Assembly (NCBI GenBank): GCA_905331295.1
Contig: CAJNYD010000065.1
Span: 1 to 64,000 of the forward strand
Origin: Rotaria socialis
Taxonomy: Eukaryota
Direction of reading: 5' to 3'
Length of the DNA stretch: 64,000 nucleotides
Shown: piece after piece, positions 24,888 to 38,118 of the stretch
How positions within the stretch are numbered: the stretch's first letter is position 1
Layout: every line of letters starts with the position of its first letter
Made by a program: the position numbers and the translations under genes
The notes under the pieces: generated by a model
Told to the model about the DNA's origin: nothing
Database searches by the model: none
The model's input: only the letters and a program-made list of their open reading frames with translations

Positions 24888-27800
24888 ATGAGTTATTCAA
24901 CCAAATCCTTCATTATTTTTCAAGAAATTTTATTATTATTACTAAATATATTTTTACAAAGTTCTTATGTCAGTACAAATGAAATTGAACTTCGAAAATT
25001 ATTGTTTCATGAAAGACCATATGATCGACGAGTTTGTCCGGAAGCAGGCATCACTAAAGTTCATACGAATTTAATTTTACTTCAAATTGAAAGTGTTGAT
25101 GAAAAAGCCCAGGTTTGAGCCGTATTTCTTTTTTTCTTTGCTTAGTAAATAATTACATGTTTGCTATATGAAATACTACAGGTAGTGACAAGTAATGTTC
25201 AATTGATATGTGCCTGGTGTGATCCATATATGTCATGGAATGTTAGTCGTTACAATATAACAGAGCTTTCTGTTAGTTCAAATTATCTATGGACACCCGA
25301 TGTTGTTTTAGTCAATTCGGCCGATGGAAAACATTCACGCAATAGAGAACACTATGCATTGATTCTACGACATGATGGTAATTATGTTTTTCGAAATTTA
25401 TTTTTCGTCAGAAAAAGAAATAAGTTTTTCTTTTTTTGATGATTTTAAGTTTATTTCTATGTTGTAGAAATAATTAGTAGACAATTATTCGTCTTTTTAA
25501 ATATAGGTCATATAATGTTTACGTAGTCTTTTTTGTGACGAATCAGACACATATATTATTGATATCATTGAGGTTTTAATTGATATAATAATTCGATCAG
25601 TATTCTATATGGAATTACGTAACACATAGAATTCAAGTAGATTTCACTTGTTGCAGATTCAAACTATTGACTTAGCAATGTTAGTATAATACGTAAAGTA
25701 AAGCTAATCATCACAATTCTCAAATCACATAGAAAACTGTATGAATACTAGCTTGTTATTGGTATCAACTTACTGAGAGAAAAGTCTTGAAAAAAGGCAT
25801 GTTGATCTTCTTTTCTGAATTTATCATCATTACAGAAAAAATGAAAAATCCCATTTTATAGACATGTAGTTAATTTTTTCAAAGAAAGTATTAAGTCTAA
25901 ATTTATATTCAGTACTTATTCGACTTTCTCACTAAACCCTAGAGAGTGGTAATACCACCAGAAAAATTATTCATCGCTGATAAGGGTTCTTAAATCGTAT
26001 TGAAACTTTCTAGAATCATTCATTGAACAATAGTCAAATATTGTAAGCTTTGGAATTAACATCTATGATAGGGTCACATGGTAAATGCTGATGAGTTGTG
26101 TGCAGGTTTTACTTGATCTATTACAAAATTTAATAGTAGTTGTGAAGGTTTGTCGAGACTAAAGATGTTTTACTCTGTAGTTTACTGAATAGTTAAATCA
26201 GTCTATATAACAGGCTAATCTATACAGTATATATATATAGTGAGAGAGAGAGAAAAAGAGTAGTTGATCTGACGAAGCGAATAATAAAATGATATTTGTT
26301 GTCTTCTATAACATCCATCGAATATATTAACACTACGAGCAGAGAGATTCTGTATTCAACGTTTATTAAGTATACAATCTGCTCTCTAATGTTTATTTAT
26401 TGATTTATACGATTAACACTTTTTAAAACAAATTATTTTAATTCGTTTGACAGCATACTATCATTGTTTTCTAGTTTAAATTGGTGAATTTCACACTCTG
26501 CCTTGTTATGAGGATTTATTAAACAGTTTCTTTTAGTTAGTTCACTTTCAACAATACGACAAAACATCTTGCTGTATTTTTCTATTTCTCTAATATTTAT
26601 AACATTTTAGGGTGAAGATCGTAGAAAACGCTATGATGAATCTATTTAACTAGCTTTCAGCCCTGTTCTTCTGTTGTGATCCCTTATTGAATTCTAGCTT
26701 AGAATGCTTATGATAAGTAAAGTACTAATTTGGTTATTGGAATTACTATTTAGAATGAAACAACGTATTTGTTGTCTTAGATAAGAAAAAACCTTGCTCC
26801 TATAGTTGCGGTAAGTACTAAAGAAAGGAATTTATATGAAATAATAATGTGACACTTTTCATCGGCTTACCAGAAGACTTGACAAAATTTTGCTTCGTTA
26901 GTTGAAGAGATTGTAATCAATTTGAGTTCCTAATAATACTAGATTTATTTTGACAATTTTCGCAACTTATTTTTAGGTTATGTTCGATTCATGTTTCAAG
27001 ATTTATGGAAAACTATTTGTAAAGTTCGTTCTACATATTTTCCATTTGATCAACAACATTGTACAATAATAATTCGTAGTGGCTCACGTGATGGTCACTC
27101 AGTTAAATTCATTCAACGACGTCCTATTGTAGGCCATTCATTTATTCGTGGTGAATGGGAATTACTTAATTCTTATACAGAAATAGCTGACGAACGTATA
27201 TCTGATTTCGGTCAAGCTGATTATAGTCTTGTACGATTTTCATTAATATTAAAACGTAATCATGTACATTATTTAATAAAAATTATCTTGCCATTTGCAC
27301 TAGTTTCATTTGTAACATTATTTACATTTTTATTACCACCGCAAACAGGTGAAAAATTAACTTTAAATGTTACTATACTACTCTCATTAGTTATTTATTT
27401 GCAATTACTTAGTGGATATATACCAAAATCGGATGATGAAACGCCTATATTAACATTATTTTGTAATGCAAATTTCTTTTTAGTTGTTTTATCATGCATT
27501 ATGACTGTTTACGTTTCATATTTATACCATCGGCCAACAACATCAAATATAGCATGTGTACCATCTCATATGAAAATTATCTTACTTGATTACTTAAGCC
27601 CATTGGTTTATTGTAATGTAAAGAAACATTTGAAAACGCGTCGATTAGCAAAAAAACATGAAGCCGAAGAAAAACGACCCAGGAGATTAAGTAGTATTGA
27701 AAAACGTTTATGTAATTTGTTTACGTTTAAAACATCGATTCAACCAGCTAATCAGCAGGTAATAAAATAAAACCTTGACTGTAATTTTCTATGTCTTTTC

Positions 27801-28148
27801 TCAATTGATTTTCTTAAGGCTGTTGAATTACTTAAAATATTACAACAAGTAAAAGGTCATATACGTGCAAATTGGTTACTACCATTAAGCACTTCTAATG
27901 AACATGATACTATTAATGACCGTTTAAAAATTGACAATCGACAACGCTTAGATGATTGGCAACATGTTGCGCTAGTACTCGATCGTGTTTTCTTTTTATT
28001 ATTTGTTATAGCTATGCCATGTACTGCTCTATTATTTATATTTCCTCATTCATCTGTTGGAAATAATTTACGTTCAAATTTAACAGACACTAAAGCACAA
28101 ATAGCAGATGCAAAATGTCATTTACTTTATAAACCAACTTTAACATGA
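24888..28148 (+). CDS. Cys-loop ligand-gated ion channel, nAChR-like non-alpha subunit, 4 coding exons
   Basis: YDRRVCP, IESVDEKAQV, WCDPYMSW, LWTPDVVLVNSAD, Cys-loop CKVRSTYFPFDQQHC, M1 IILP, GEKLTLNVTILLSL (M2), and M4 region WQHVALVLDRVF. Confidence 0.93.
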
Positions 28149-29090
28149 ATCAACCTAGTGATTCTTTATTTTAGAAATTATATTCATTTCGTTTTTGGAA
28201 TTACGTATGATCTTAAATTAGAACTATGCAAAAATCAAGTACCAACTATTGGAAACAATATATAGATAGGAATATTTTAATGATAAATAAACGGAAATGA
28301 ATAAATGGCAGTATCGTATTTTGCATTTCAATCTTTCTACTGAAATAGCTATTGATTAAGTTTTGTATATTATATTTTCATTGAATTTATATTTGATACA
28401 CGAAGATACTTTATGTTGAAAATAAATTCGATTAAAAATGTTTATGCACAAATTTTATTCGATAAAATATTCATCTCAATGAAAATTTTTTTTTCTAAGT
28501 TTACAAAGTTATTACACGATTGTTTGTTGTTGCTAATTTATATCAATGCAGTGCTCTCAAAAAACATTTTCTTTATAAAAAAAAAAATTCACACATACTC
28601 GAATATGTATGAATGCCAGAAATTCTATTAACATACAATAATAAATTAATTCGATTTGATTGCTATAGCCATGCATAAATTACGATAGATTTTTCTGAGA
28701 TATAAATGCTTATTCAATGAACAGAAATAGTTGAGAATAAGAAGAGCTTCACAAGGAAGTAGCTGACACGAGTTGAAACGATTGTAAGGGACAATCGAGT
28801 TGAAAGAAAGATAATATGTAATTAATCAAGAAGAAAAATAGTAGTCAGAGAAGATACGCTCGAATGATGAGTGAAAAGTATTGATAGAATGAGTATAGGT
28901 ATATCTCAGTGAAGAGAGATATATGAAGAAGCTTGAAGGAAAAAGAGTAGAGTAAGAATAATGAATTAACAATATTAGACCAAAAAACAAACAAGAGAAA
29001 AAGAGAGAGAAGCTAGAAAAAGAAACAAATAGGCACTAAGATAACATCAGTGACGCTTATGCCGTCCCCACTCCTTCCCTGTGACGGAAG

Positions 29091-29376
29091 CCCAGGTCGA
29101 ACAGACACGGTCGTAAACGACCGTATACGGCGAGATACGACCATATACGGAGACAAAAGACGATCGCTTACGATTTCTGTACATTGAGCCCGTATACGAT
29201 CTCCGTATTGTTCCGTATTTTACCGTATATGGTCGTATTTCTCCGTATACGACACGGTGATATACGATCGTAATACCGAGTCATGAATTACGGTCAAATA
29301 CGGCCGTATACGGGGACAAACGGAGCGTATACGACCGTTTACGATCGTATATGAACTTCGTCAACCTCAACCTGGG
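29091..29376. mobile_element. MITE with CCCAGGT...ACCTGGG termini and internal ccgtatacgg/cgtaaacg repeats
   Basis: Terminal inverted repeat plus subterminal cgtaaacgaccgtatacg / cgtatacgaccgtttacg; GC-rich relative to flanks. Confidence 0.85.
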
Positions 29377-30259
29377 AACAACGTCATTGATCTTGTCTTG
29401 ATGTCTGTTATATCATGTATGTTTTTTTCCAAGGGGGGAAAAGCGGATTCTGGATCCTGTTGCTCCTAATAAAGGGTATTATATTGCACAATAGATTGAC
29501 TGGATTGTACGGAAATCTATTAGAAGCTACTTCAATCTACTAAATACGTCGGAGTCTACCACAATGCACCAAAAACTGATTCGCTTTACAGCCATCTTCG
29601 AACAATGTAAAATACATGGACCCTGCTGGATTAGGGATGTGCAGCTCACGGTCCCGAGTGCTGATAAGCGTGAGCGTTTCTTCTCTAAATAGAATATGCA
29701 AGAAACCAGAAATAATGAACCCACTTTAGCTATATTCATATAAAAATACATTATAGTATTTCATTCAGTTTCTCATCTAACATATTTAATCGATGTATCT
29801 AAATACTTGTTACTCGATGAATTGACATTAAGCGCTAGAATAGGATCACTAAAGTTTGGAAAATCATAGTTTCTGAATATTTGTTTCTTAAACTCGTTCA
29901 TCTTACTACCGCAAACTACCAAAGAACAAAGCTAGGATCTTATTATATATGTCTAGTAGGGGCAGCACATTACTATCACCGGTAATAAGTAATAACTGTT
30001 ATTTCGAATTAATAGTACTAACTGAAAACCAGGAAAATGAATAAAGTAATAAGGAAGAAATAAAGCAATAAAGAACTTGATCGTGGAATTACTTCTATTT
30101 ATCAATATATTTTCACTTTCTCACTAGGACTACAACAGCTGTCAGATCGTAGTTCAGATCAAATGAACGAAAGAATTGCTGAAACAGTTCTATTCACTGA
30201 TTTATCCACAATCTCTAGATTGCTTGCATTCAATTACTAGTATTGTTTGGGCCGTAATG

Positions 30260-31140
30260 ATGGGTAACCCCTTCAATCCCTTAGGTCCTATCTAGATGTT
30301 GTCCCTGTGACTTTTGCATCCTACCTGGAGGTGGTCCCCGTAAATTTTCTGAATTTACACTGGGATGGTTCCTTTAGCCATTTGGGATCTACCTAGGGGT
30401 CCTCCTTATAAATTTTTCGGAACTGCTAAGGATGGTACTTTAAGTTTGAAGATATCACTACTGGGCAGGGTGACATGTTAAATGGACGATGCTGATATAG
30501 GATTGAAAAAGTTATAAAAACTGCCAATAGTTACGAATAGGGTTGTGCCGAGACCGAGACTGCCTATCTCCGTCTCAGTCGTCGCGCTCGTTCACAGTTA
30601 CCTCGGTTCCAGTATTGATGAGTGTTGGTCTCGGTTCATCCCTAGTTACGACTGAATAAGTTATAGGAATCCCCTCCTACACTGCGGAGAAGAATATAAG
30701 GGATGCCACTATATATGTACTAAAATGTTGCACAGATCAGCCCTGGGAAGTTCTCACATAGTTTTAATGATCATCATGGGGTAGGTCCAGAAAGATACAG
30801 GACCACCTCTTGGCAGTTTCTTAAAAGTTCTAGGTATCATCTGTAAGTAGATCCCAAATAGCTAAAGGGATCACCCGTGGGTAGATCCTAAAACTCCTGG
30901 CTACTCCCTCTAGCTGAGTCCTTACAATTTCTAAGTACCATACTTATCCAGGCTCAAAACACTTCTAAGTATTCCCCCTATGTGCTTCTTAAAAAGTTCT
31001 GAGTATCACCTATGGGTAGGCTCCTAATAGCTATAGGGGCCAGTTCTGGTCTCATCCTGGAAGCTTCTAATACAATCTCCCGGTAGATCGCAAGTAGCTA
31101 TAAGAAATCATCCTGGATAGGTACTAAACAATTCTAAGTA
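30260..31140. repeat. Inverted arrays of degenerate ~33-bp units (foldback-like)
   Basis: cctttagccatttgggatctacc (~30371) is near reverse-complementary to gtagatcccaaatagctaaagg (~30847); recurring ggtagatcc, ttctaagta and atcacc units. Boundaries approximate. Confidence 0.65.
30538..30644. mobile_element. 107-bp hAT-type MITE
   Basis: TIRs tagggttgtgccgagacc / ggtctcggttcatcccta; 8-bp TSD gttacgaa / gttacgac. Confidence 0.85.
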
Positions 31141-33072
31141 ATATCTTTGGGTCGGTATTTATTACGGTAATAATTATTACACGTTATTATTTATCAGTTG
31201 TTGCTTTTATGTTTCAATTTTTTTAAATTTATAACTGGTAATAAATAATAAAGTAATAGTAATTAGGAATATACCGCTCACACTCATGAACGTAAGCTGT
31301 ACACTCCTATGTTGCATCCTACTTGATTTTTAAGTATCGAAAACTTCATCGGAACCTAGCAGAATTCATCGGAATTGACTAATATGCCAATCTCATCAGT
31401 TCACTCATGCTTCTTATTCAAAAATCCTACGATCAATTCCTCCTTTTTCCGATCAGGTTTTTTGGATCATGTTGGATCCTATTGGATCATAGTGGATCCT
31501 AGGATCCAATAGGTTCCACTTTTTCCTCCTTGTTTTTTTCTCCTCTGTATTGTTCTCCCTTGTTACTTATTTGTCGCGCTTATTATTTTCAATATTGGCA
31601 CTTTTTCGTTTTTCGCGCTTGAGCTCAAGAAAATGATACGATAATTATTTTTCTCTTTTTTCTTCAAGCTTCTGCAAGCTTCTTCATATATCTCTCTTCA
31701 CTGAAATATACTACTATTCTTCTTCTCTATCAAAAAGAATCATCTTTTTGATTAATTACATATTACCTTTTTTTCTTTCAACTTGATTGTTCATTACAAT
31801 CAATCTAATTCGATTCTCCCTTACAATTGTTCGAACTCTTGTCAGCTACTTGCTTGTGGAGTTCTTCTTATTCACAACTATTTCTGTTCATTGAATAAAC
31901 AATTGGATCTTCATCCAATGTTCAATACTATTNNNNNNNNNNNNNNNNNNNNNNNNNNNNNNNNNNNNNNNNNNNNNNNNNNNNNNNNNNNNNNNNNNNN
32001 NNNNNNNNNNNNNNNNNNNNNNNNNNNNNNNNNNNNNNNNNNNNNNNNNNNNNNNNNNNNNNNNNNNNNNNNNNNNNNNTTATGTAGTCAAAGCTATGCG
32101 ATTCATGTTTGATTTCTGTAATGCTTTGATTTTTCTATGTGTAAAAACATTTAGCATTCAAAATCTAATCTAATACAGATTAAGATTTAAGTGACTCTAT
32201 CAATTTTCTATAAGGATATTACATTTATAGATGAATTCTTTTTATTAGATTATAATTACTTGAGACGAACGGTAGCTAGTTTACAAAATGACTCTGCGCC
32301 AAAAGGCACTTATCACACGATTAATCTCATTTTTGTTTTATAGAATAATGCAGCAAAGTGAACTTATGACTTGCTAACAAAACAGTTAATGTTCTGTGAA
32401 AAAACCTAATCGAAAAAAGAATCTGAATCTTATATAGAAATTAAAGTGCGTCGTTTTTATATGAAAGCTAAAAAGAATTTACAAATAATGAAGCTCGAAA
32501 TCCTCTAATAGAAAATCTAGAGTTGTCTATTTTTCATTGATTTGAGTATTCGACAAAAAAAAGGGACATGTTGCAAAATTTTTGTTTCATCTATTTAGTA
32601 TATTTTTTGTCACGGAGAAAACAATAAACGTGTAGATAGCGATGAAAGAGTATAACAGTATATCTTCGATTCTGCGTCTGCATTATCTACACATCGCATA
32701 ATCTATCTGCTTATCATCTTTACTAAAAGGCGCTTCCAGATCTATGTTTGTTCTATTCTCAACAAAATACAAGGTACGGCAATTTTAGCAGGAAACTAAA
32801 ACATGGTCAAATATATAAACGTAATTCTTTCACAATATTCATAAAAATACCTTTGGCATTAGTTTATTGATAAGAAATGATATTTTCATCTACATGAAAT
32901 ATTTGACTATTGATCAAAAAAACGATTTATTTATTTATTTAAATACTATCTTTTACAAAATGTAATGAAATCCATAATGAATTGTTTATTTGTTACAATG
33001 GATGATTCTCTTTCCATCGGATATTATTCTTGATCTCATCTTTCCAATCTAATTATCAAAAATAAGTTTTAT

Positions 33073-33540
33073 GGGTAAATAGACTTTTGATCCCCCAAAA
33101 AGTGACTATTAATCACCAAAATATGTTAATTGCGAAATGATCACCAAAAAAAGATACAAATGATCCTCAATCTATTTTATTGTGAAATGATCACAAAAAA
33201 AAGATACAAATGATCCCCAATCTTTTCTATTGTGAAATGATCACAAAAAAATATATTCGATCACCGAATTTATTATCAATACAATAAGAGATAGAATAAT
33301 AAATAACAACATTAGTTACACAAAATACAATAAACAATAGAAACAGAAAATATGTTCTACCAAAATCATGGTATTATTGTTTAATTATGTCTTATCAATC
33401 TGTTGTCTTTTGAAATAAACACGTTATCTACCACAACTCTACCATTCATTCCACAAAAGACAAGTTGGGGATCATTTGTATCTTTTTTTGGTGATCATTT
33501 CGCAGCTAACACATTTTGAGGATCAAAAATATTGCTACCC
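33073..33540. mobile_element. Non-autonomous Mutator-like element with internal 50-bp tandem units
   Basis: GGGTA...TACCC ends, perfect 9-bp TSD aagttttat; the unit tgcgaaatgatcaccaaaaaaagatacaaatgatcc occurs about 2.5 times on the left and once inverted on the right. Confidence 0.88.
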
Positions 33541-33722
33541 AAGTTTTATCGCTTGCATGGTAGGTTAGAAAATGAGACACAACTCGTTATTATAGAACAG
33601 TGAAGGCTAGCATTACGAAGTTGCAATGTTTTTTTCCATTAAATACTAATATTTATATCTGCTCAATAATAAATGTTAAAATATTTTAAATTTCCAAATT
33701 CTATGCAGGTAGTTTAAATCTA

Positions 33723-33982
33723 CCCAGGAGGATCATCCGGTCATCTGAAAGACCATCGGAAACGGCCTGAAACGGCTATATAACGACATTAATTTTCACC
33801 CTATTTCGCCGTAATCCGTCAGCTCGTTTTACGGGCCGTTTTTTTTTGTTAGAAAACGGGCATCGCTTTTAACATTATTCTCTTCGTTTTCCGAACTGAC
33901 GGAAAACGGCGCCGTTTTTTAACGTTTTACATCGTTTTTATGCCGCTTCAGGCCGTTTAAGTGCCGTTTTTTTTCACCTGGG
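33723..33982. mobile_element. MITE with CCCAGG...CCTGGG termini flanked by TA
   Basis: ta|cccagg...cctggg|ta; subterminal aaacggcctgaaacggc / gccgcttcaggccgttt inverted repeats. Confidence 0.8.
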
Positions 33983-35924
33983 TAATAAAAATTAATGATA
34001 GAGTCGATTTGTATTTAAAAATAGTTTACGGAGTATTAGACCGGTTAATAATATTTATAGCTATATTTAATTTTTAACAATGAACAAAAAACCGAGTAGA
34101 TATTTGTTATTAAGGTTGTCTTTCTCTATGTATAGATGTATTTTTCATATCGATCTAAGGAAAACAATTTTTTGATTGCTTATTTAATTTGAGAGGCTTT
34201 TAGGAGGAAAAACAACACAAAAATCTGTTACAAATGATTTATGACAGTATTTTCTCGGTCGATGAATTTATTATATTCTCTTGTAGATAATATGTTGAAA
34301 ATATGTTTCTAATTCAACCATGGTTACTTGAAGATGTATTTCCCTGCTGTGTTTTACAGAAACATTCGACTTAGTAACTATGAGATAAAGAGAGATCGCA
34401 TATGATAGAACACTCAATATTGTCTTCGAGACAAGGACTATTCTCATTTCACATACTATCAATTGCAGTCTTTTGTAGATTACATTCATCTGATTTTCAT
34501 ATTGAGTTTGAATACTCCTTACATGTGAATGATCAATAACTAGTCATTCTGGCAAGTATGTTGATGTGTAAGTTACTTCCGATTCGACTGAATCAATTAC
34601 ATAAGCATTTTATTTTACAGATTCAGTTTTATTTTAAGTGACCTTCATCCTTTTGAAATCGTCTTGGATGGCAAGTTGATTTACTTATTATTGTAACATA
34701 TGATTCATCAGCAATTCCTACATTACATAAACTAGTGATTCACAACATTAAAGTAACATATAGCTAATATAATATAAAAACTCTAAAACAAATACTTATA
34801 TTTCTATCCTGACATATCGCTAATACAAATTGCAGTCAAATAATAACATATCAGAATCTTGCAGAAAATTTATTTTCTATAGATTCATATAAAACAGTTT
34901 AAATATTTTCACGCAATAGCATATGTATATTCATAGATTACTTATGATAATATTATGGCATCGAAATAACTCTATGCTCAGTAATATCGTGAAAAGGGTA
35001 CTATATATGGGTTTATAGAATATATTTTTTGTAAAGAATCTGCTATATTAGTTTATGCTTGATTTCTGATCAATAGGTATCTCATGATAAATATTCAAGT
35101 CTTTATTTTTATAGTTTTAGCATAATATTAGTTATGCCACTGTTTTTGAATATTGTGAATCCTTGGTTTCTTTCATACAAAAATTAGCGGGAGATCTTGT
35201 GTTACAATGGTAATTGAATCAGTTGTATAGCACATAATTCAAAATTTTATAAAAGGAATACAATCAACTGCTTATTAAAATATAATTATGTCTATTGGTT
35301 CACATAAATTATCAAAAAAAAATTGTTTGAGTCGTAAAAGAAAATGTTTTTTTGTGTTAAACAATGAATTCTATTTTCGCTCTAGTCATTACTAATAATT
35401 TTAATTCAATGATCTATATTAACAATAACATATAGTCAAAAGAGCAAAAGTAGGACGAATAATATGTACGTGATTGTTGGATAGAATTTTTAAGGTCATA
35501 TCTTTCAGTGCCGTATGTAATTATCAGATAATTTGGATATACTCGACTACAATGAGAGACTACATTTTGACGACAGCCAGAACATTGTGCCAGATGTTTG
35601 TTGATTTATCAGAAAACGAGTAGCCTTCACCCAAAATTGATCGATTGTATTACAAAAAAAATAGATTTGGTTAATTAATCTCTGGAAATCTATTCGATCA
35701 TTGTTTATCTTTCATATGTATATAATATACATGTTAGAGATTATATAGTTTTCCATAATTCATCTATCTCTATTCTTATAATCTCTTTCAAAATGAATTA
35801 TATATCATTATCTAATGAGTAGAACGATTGATGAAAGATGATCACAATTTTCTTGTCTTTCAGATTGACTAAATTTTAAAAGAATTTCTTTCTTTATTGC
35901 GTTTAATCAAATAGTATACATAGC

Positions 35925-35962
<38 letters not shown>

Positions 35963-36551
35963 GTCTGTGTGTTATTTCCGGAAAAAAGAGAATCGTATAA
36001 TAATATATAGTACTGTTATTTTTGTTTTCTTCCTTATTTGAATTTATGCTGAATGAATATTTATTGGAGATTCATGTCATTTTCTTTAGTCGAAGATAAA
36101 TCTTTTTTTTCCTCAATTTTGACACAGATGCGTACGTCTTTGTATTGATTTTATATGGTAATGTTTTTATTTCATGACAAATCACACACTAAGTTGTTAC
36201 GAGTAGTTCGCAGACAATTACATCTTAGAATTAATAATAATTGCTTTGATATTTGATTTATAGAATCCGGACAAATCCACAAGAGAAAACTTCAAAACAT
36301 GTAAGCGAATACTTAGTCTGTAATACACAAATTTCATATCGATCCGAAGGTATTCTAACCGCCATTCGTATTTACTATGATTTCAGAAGCTCGAAGCTCA
36401 TCAAATTATTGATATTTGTTGCGTTTTGTTTTCATTACAGAAGATTCTCTAGCAAATTTTCTTTTAAATATTGAATCTATGTAAATGTTAAAAATGCCGA
36501 GACACTTTTCTTAATATCATGCAGTTAAGTTGTATTACTTTTCTTTATAGA

Positions 36552-37862
36552 ATGAGAAATAAATATGATTATAACAATGATTCGTCGATTGAAGGCTTAA
36601 ACGAAACTTTAATACGTATTGAAATAATTCGTTTTATACAAGAAGTTAATTATTGGTTAATGATAACTGGATTTTTTATGGTTATATTTGGAGTCCTTGG
36701 AAATGGCCTTGCACTTATTGTTATTAATCGTCGTTCATTACGGAGTACATCATCAAGTGTATTTATAACATATTTAGCTATATTTGATACACTAGTTCTT
36801 ATTGTTCATCAAACAGGTTTAATAACATCACGTTCAATAAATTCCCATATTGTACATTGTTTTATTACATTTTTTACGGATTTCGTTACATTTTGTAGCG
36901 TTTGGATAATGGTTATAATGACTGTAGAACGTTTTATAGCTGTTCATTCACCACTATTAGCAAAAGGGTTTTGTACATTGAAACGTGCACGTTATTCAAT
37001 CTATTTGCTTATGTTTATTGCATTTACTTTATTTTCTTTAACATTTCCATTGCTTTACAAGATTGATAACAAACAAAGAAAATGTATTTTTCGTTCACAA
37101 TATCAAACAATAATACGAATCATAAAACCAATAATATTCTTTTTTATACCGGATATTATCTTATTAGTTAATTTATTTATTATTTATGAATTATTTGTCG
37201 CACGACGAAAACGAACACAAACACTCATTAATCCTGAAAATGCTATAAATCAAATCAATATAGCATTATTCAATAGACAACAACAGCAATTAACATTAAT
37301 GCTTACTACGGTTTCATTAAGTTTTTATATATTTACAACTCCAATAATTATAGATTTTATCCTTCAAAGAAAGCCACCTGATCATCGAGATATTAAACGA
37401 CTTAAAATGCGTTTTTTACTAAGTAATTTAACTGTATTATGGCTTCAAATGAGTTCAGCTGTAAGCTGATTTGTTTTGGAAAAAACAACTTTTCTAATTG
37501 TTCCTCTTTTGTTCTATTGTATTTAGACCAATTTTTTATTTTATTATTTGGCTGGTTCGAAATTTCGTGAAACTTGTTTCCAAACGTTCGATGATATTTA
37601 TATTTGTATGCAAAGAAATCTAGATACAAATTATCAAAGGCCACGACATTCAAGTGGTGCTGTGACAACTTCAAATTTTTCTATGGAAATGCGACATATT
37701 CATCCCGATTATCGAAATCTAACTCAATCTACTTCTATTCAACAAACAACTACTTATATCTCAAATAATTCTTCTAAACGAGCAAGTAATGGCACAGTTT
37801 CAAGTGCTCATTTAAATAGTAGACAACTATCAAAATGCGCGTTGAATATACCAGAACTTTAA
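36552..37862 (+). CDS. Class A (rhodopsin-like) GPCR, peptide-receptor-like, 2 coding exons
   Basis: GVLGNGL (TM1), YLAIFD (TM2), SVWIMVIMTVERFIAVHSPL (TM3), FFIP (TM5), FYIFTTP (TM6); after the intron (~37461-37527) TNFLFYYLAGSKFRE (TM7 and helix 8). Confidence 0.92.
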
Positions 37863-38118
37863 TATACAAAATTTTATGTAAATAATGTGAAATAAAATGA
37901 GAAAACAAAGGTATTTTTTCATGTCTACGAAGTATCAACACAACTAAACAAAGATGTGCGACAAATATAAAATTATGCACAAAAGAAATAGAAAAATGGA
38001 ATGATCATTGTTATAAAAAACAAAACACAAGAAGATGAATTTTACACAAAAACAGATAAAGAATATCTCAGATCTATCTGTACATGAAATCTAAATGAAC
38101 CAATTTCTTTCTATTAGA

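Larger units (their letters stand above)
29430..31532. mobile_element. Non-autonomous hAT-like element (CAAGG...CCTTG) with an 8-bp TSD, containing nested insertions
   Basis: caaggggggaaaagcggattctggatcct versus aggatccaataggttccactttttcctccttg; both ends flanked by tttttttc (29422-29429, 31533-31540); ggatc subterminal repeats. Confidence 0.7.
28710..31898. repeat. Pair of ~240-bp inverted repeats (about 28710-28947 and 31652-31898) bracketing a transposon cluster
   Basis: ttattcaatgaacagaaatagttg...cagtgaagagagatatatgaagaagcttg on the left; caagcttcttcatatatctctcttcactg...caactatttctgttcattgaataa on the right. Confidence 0.8.

Noticed and set aside
35925..35960. (GA)n tracts upstream of the ion channel and both GPCRs as shared regulatory elements
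   Set aside because: Such microsatellites are common; three cases are too few to support a claim without genome-wide enrichment data.
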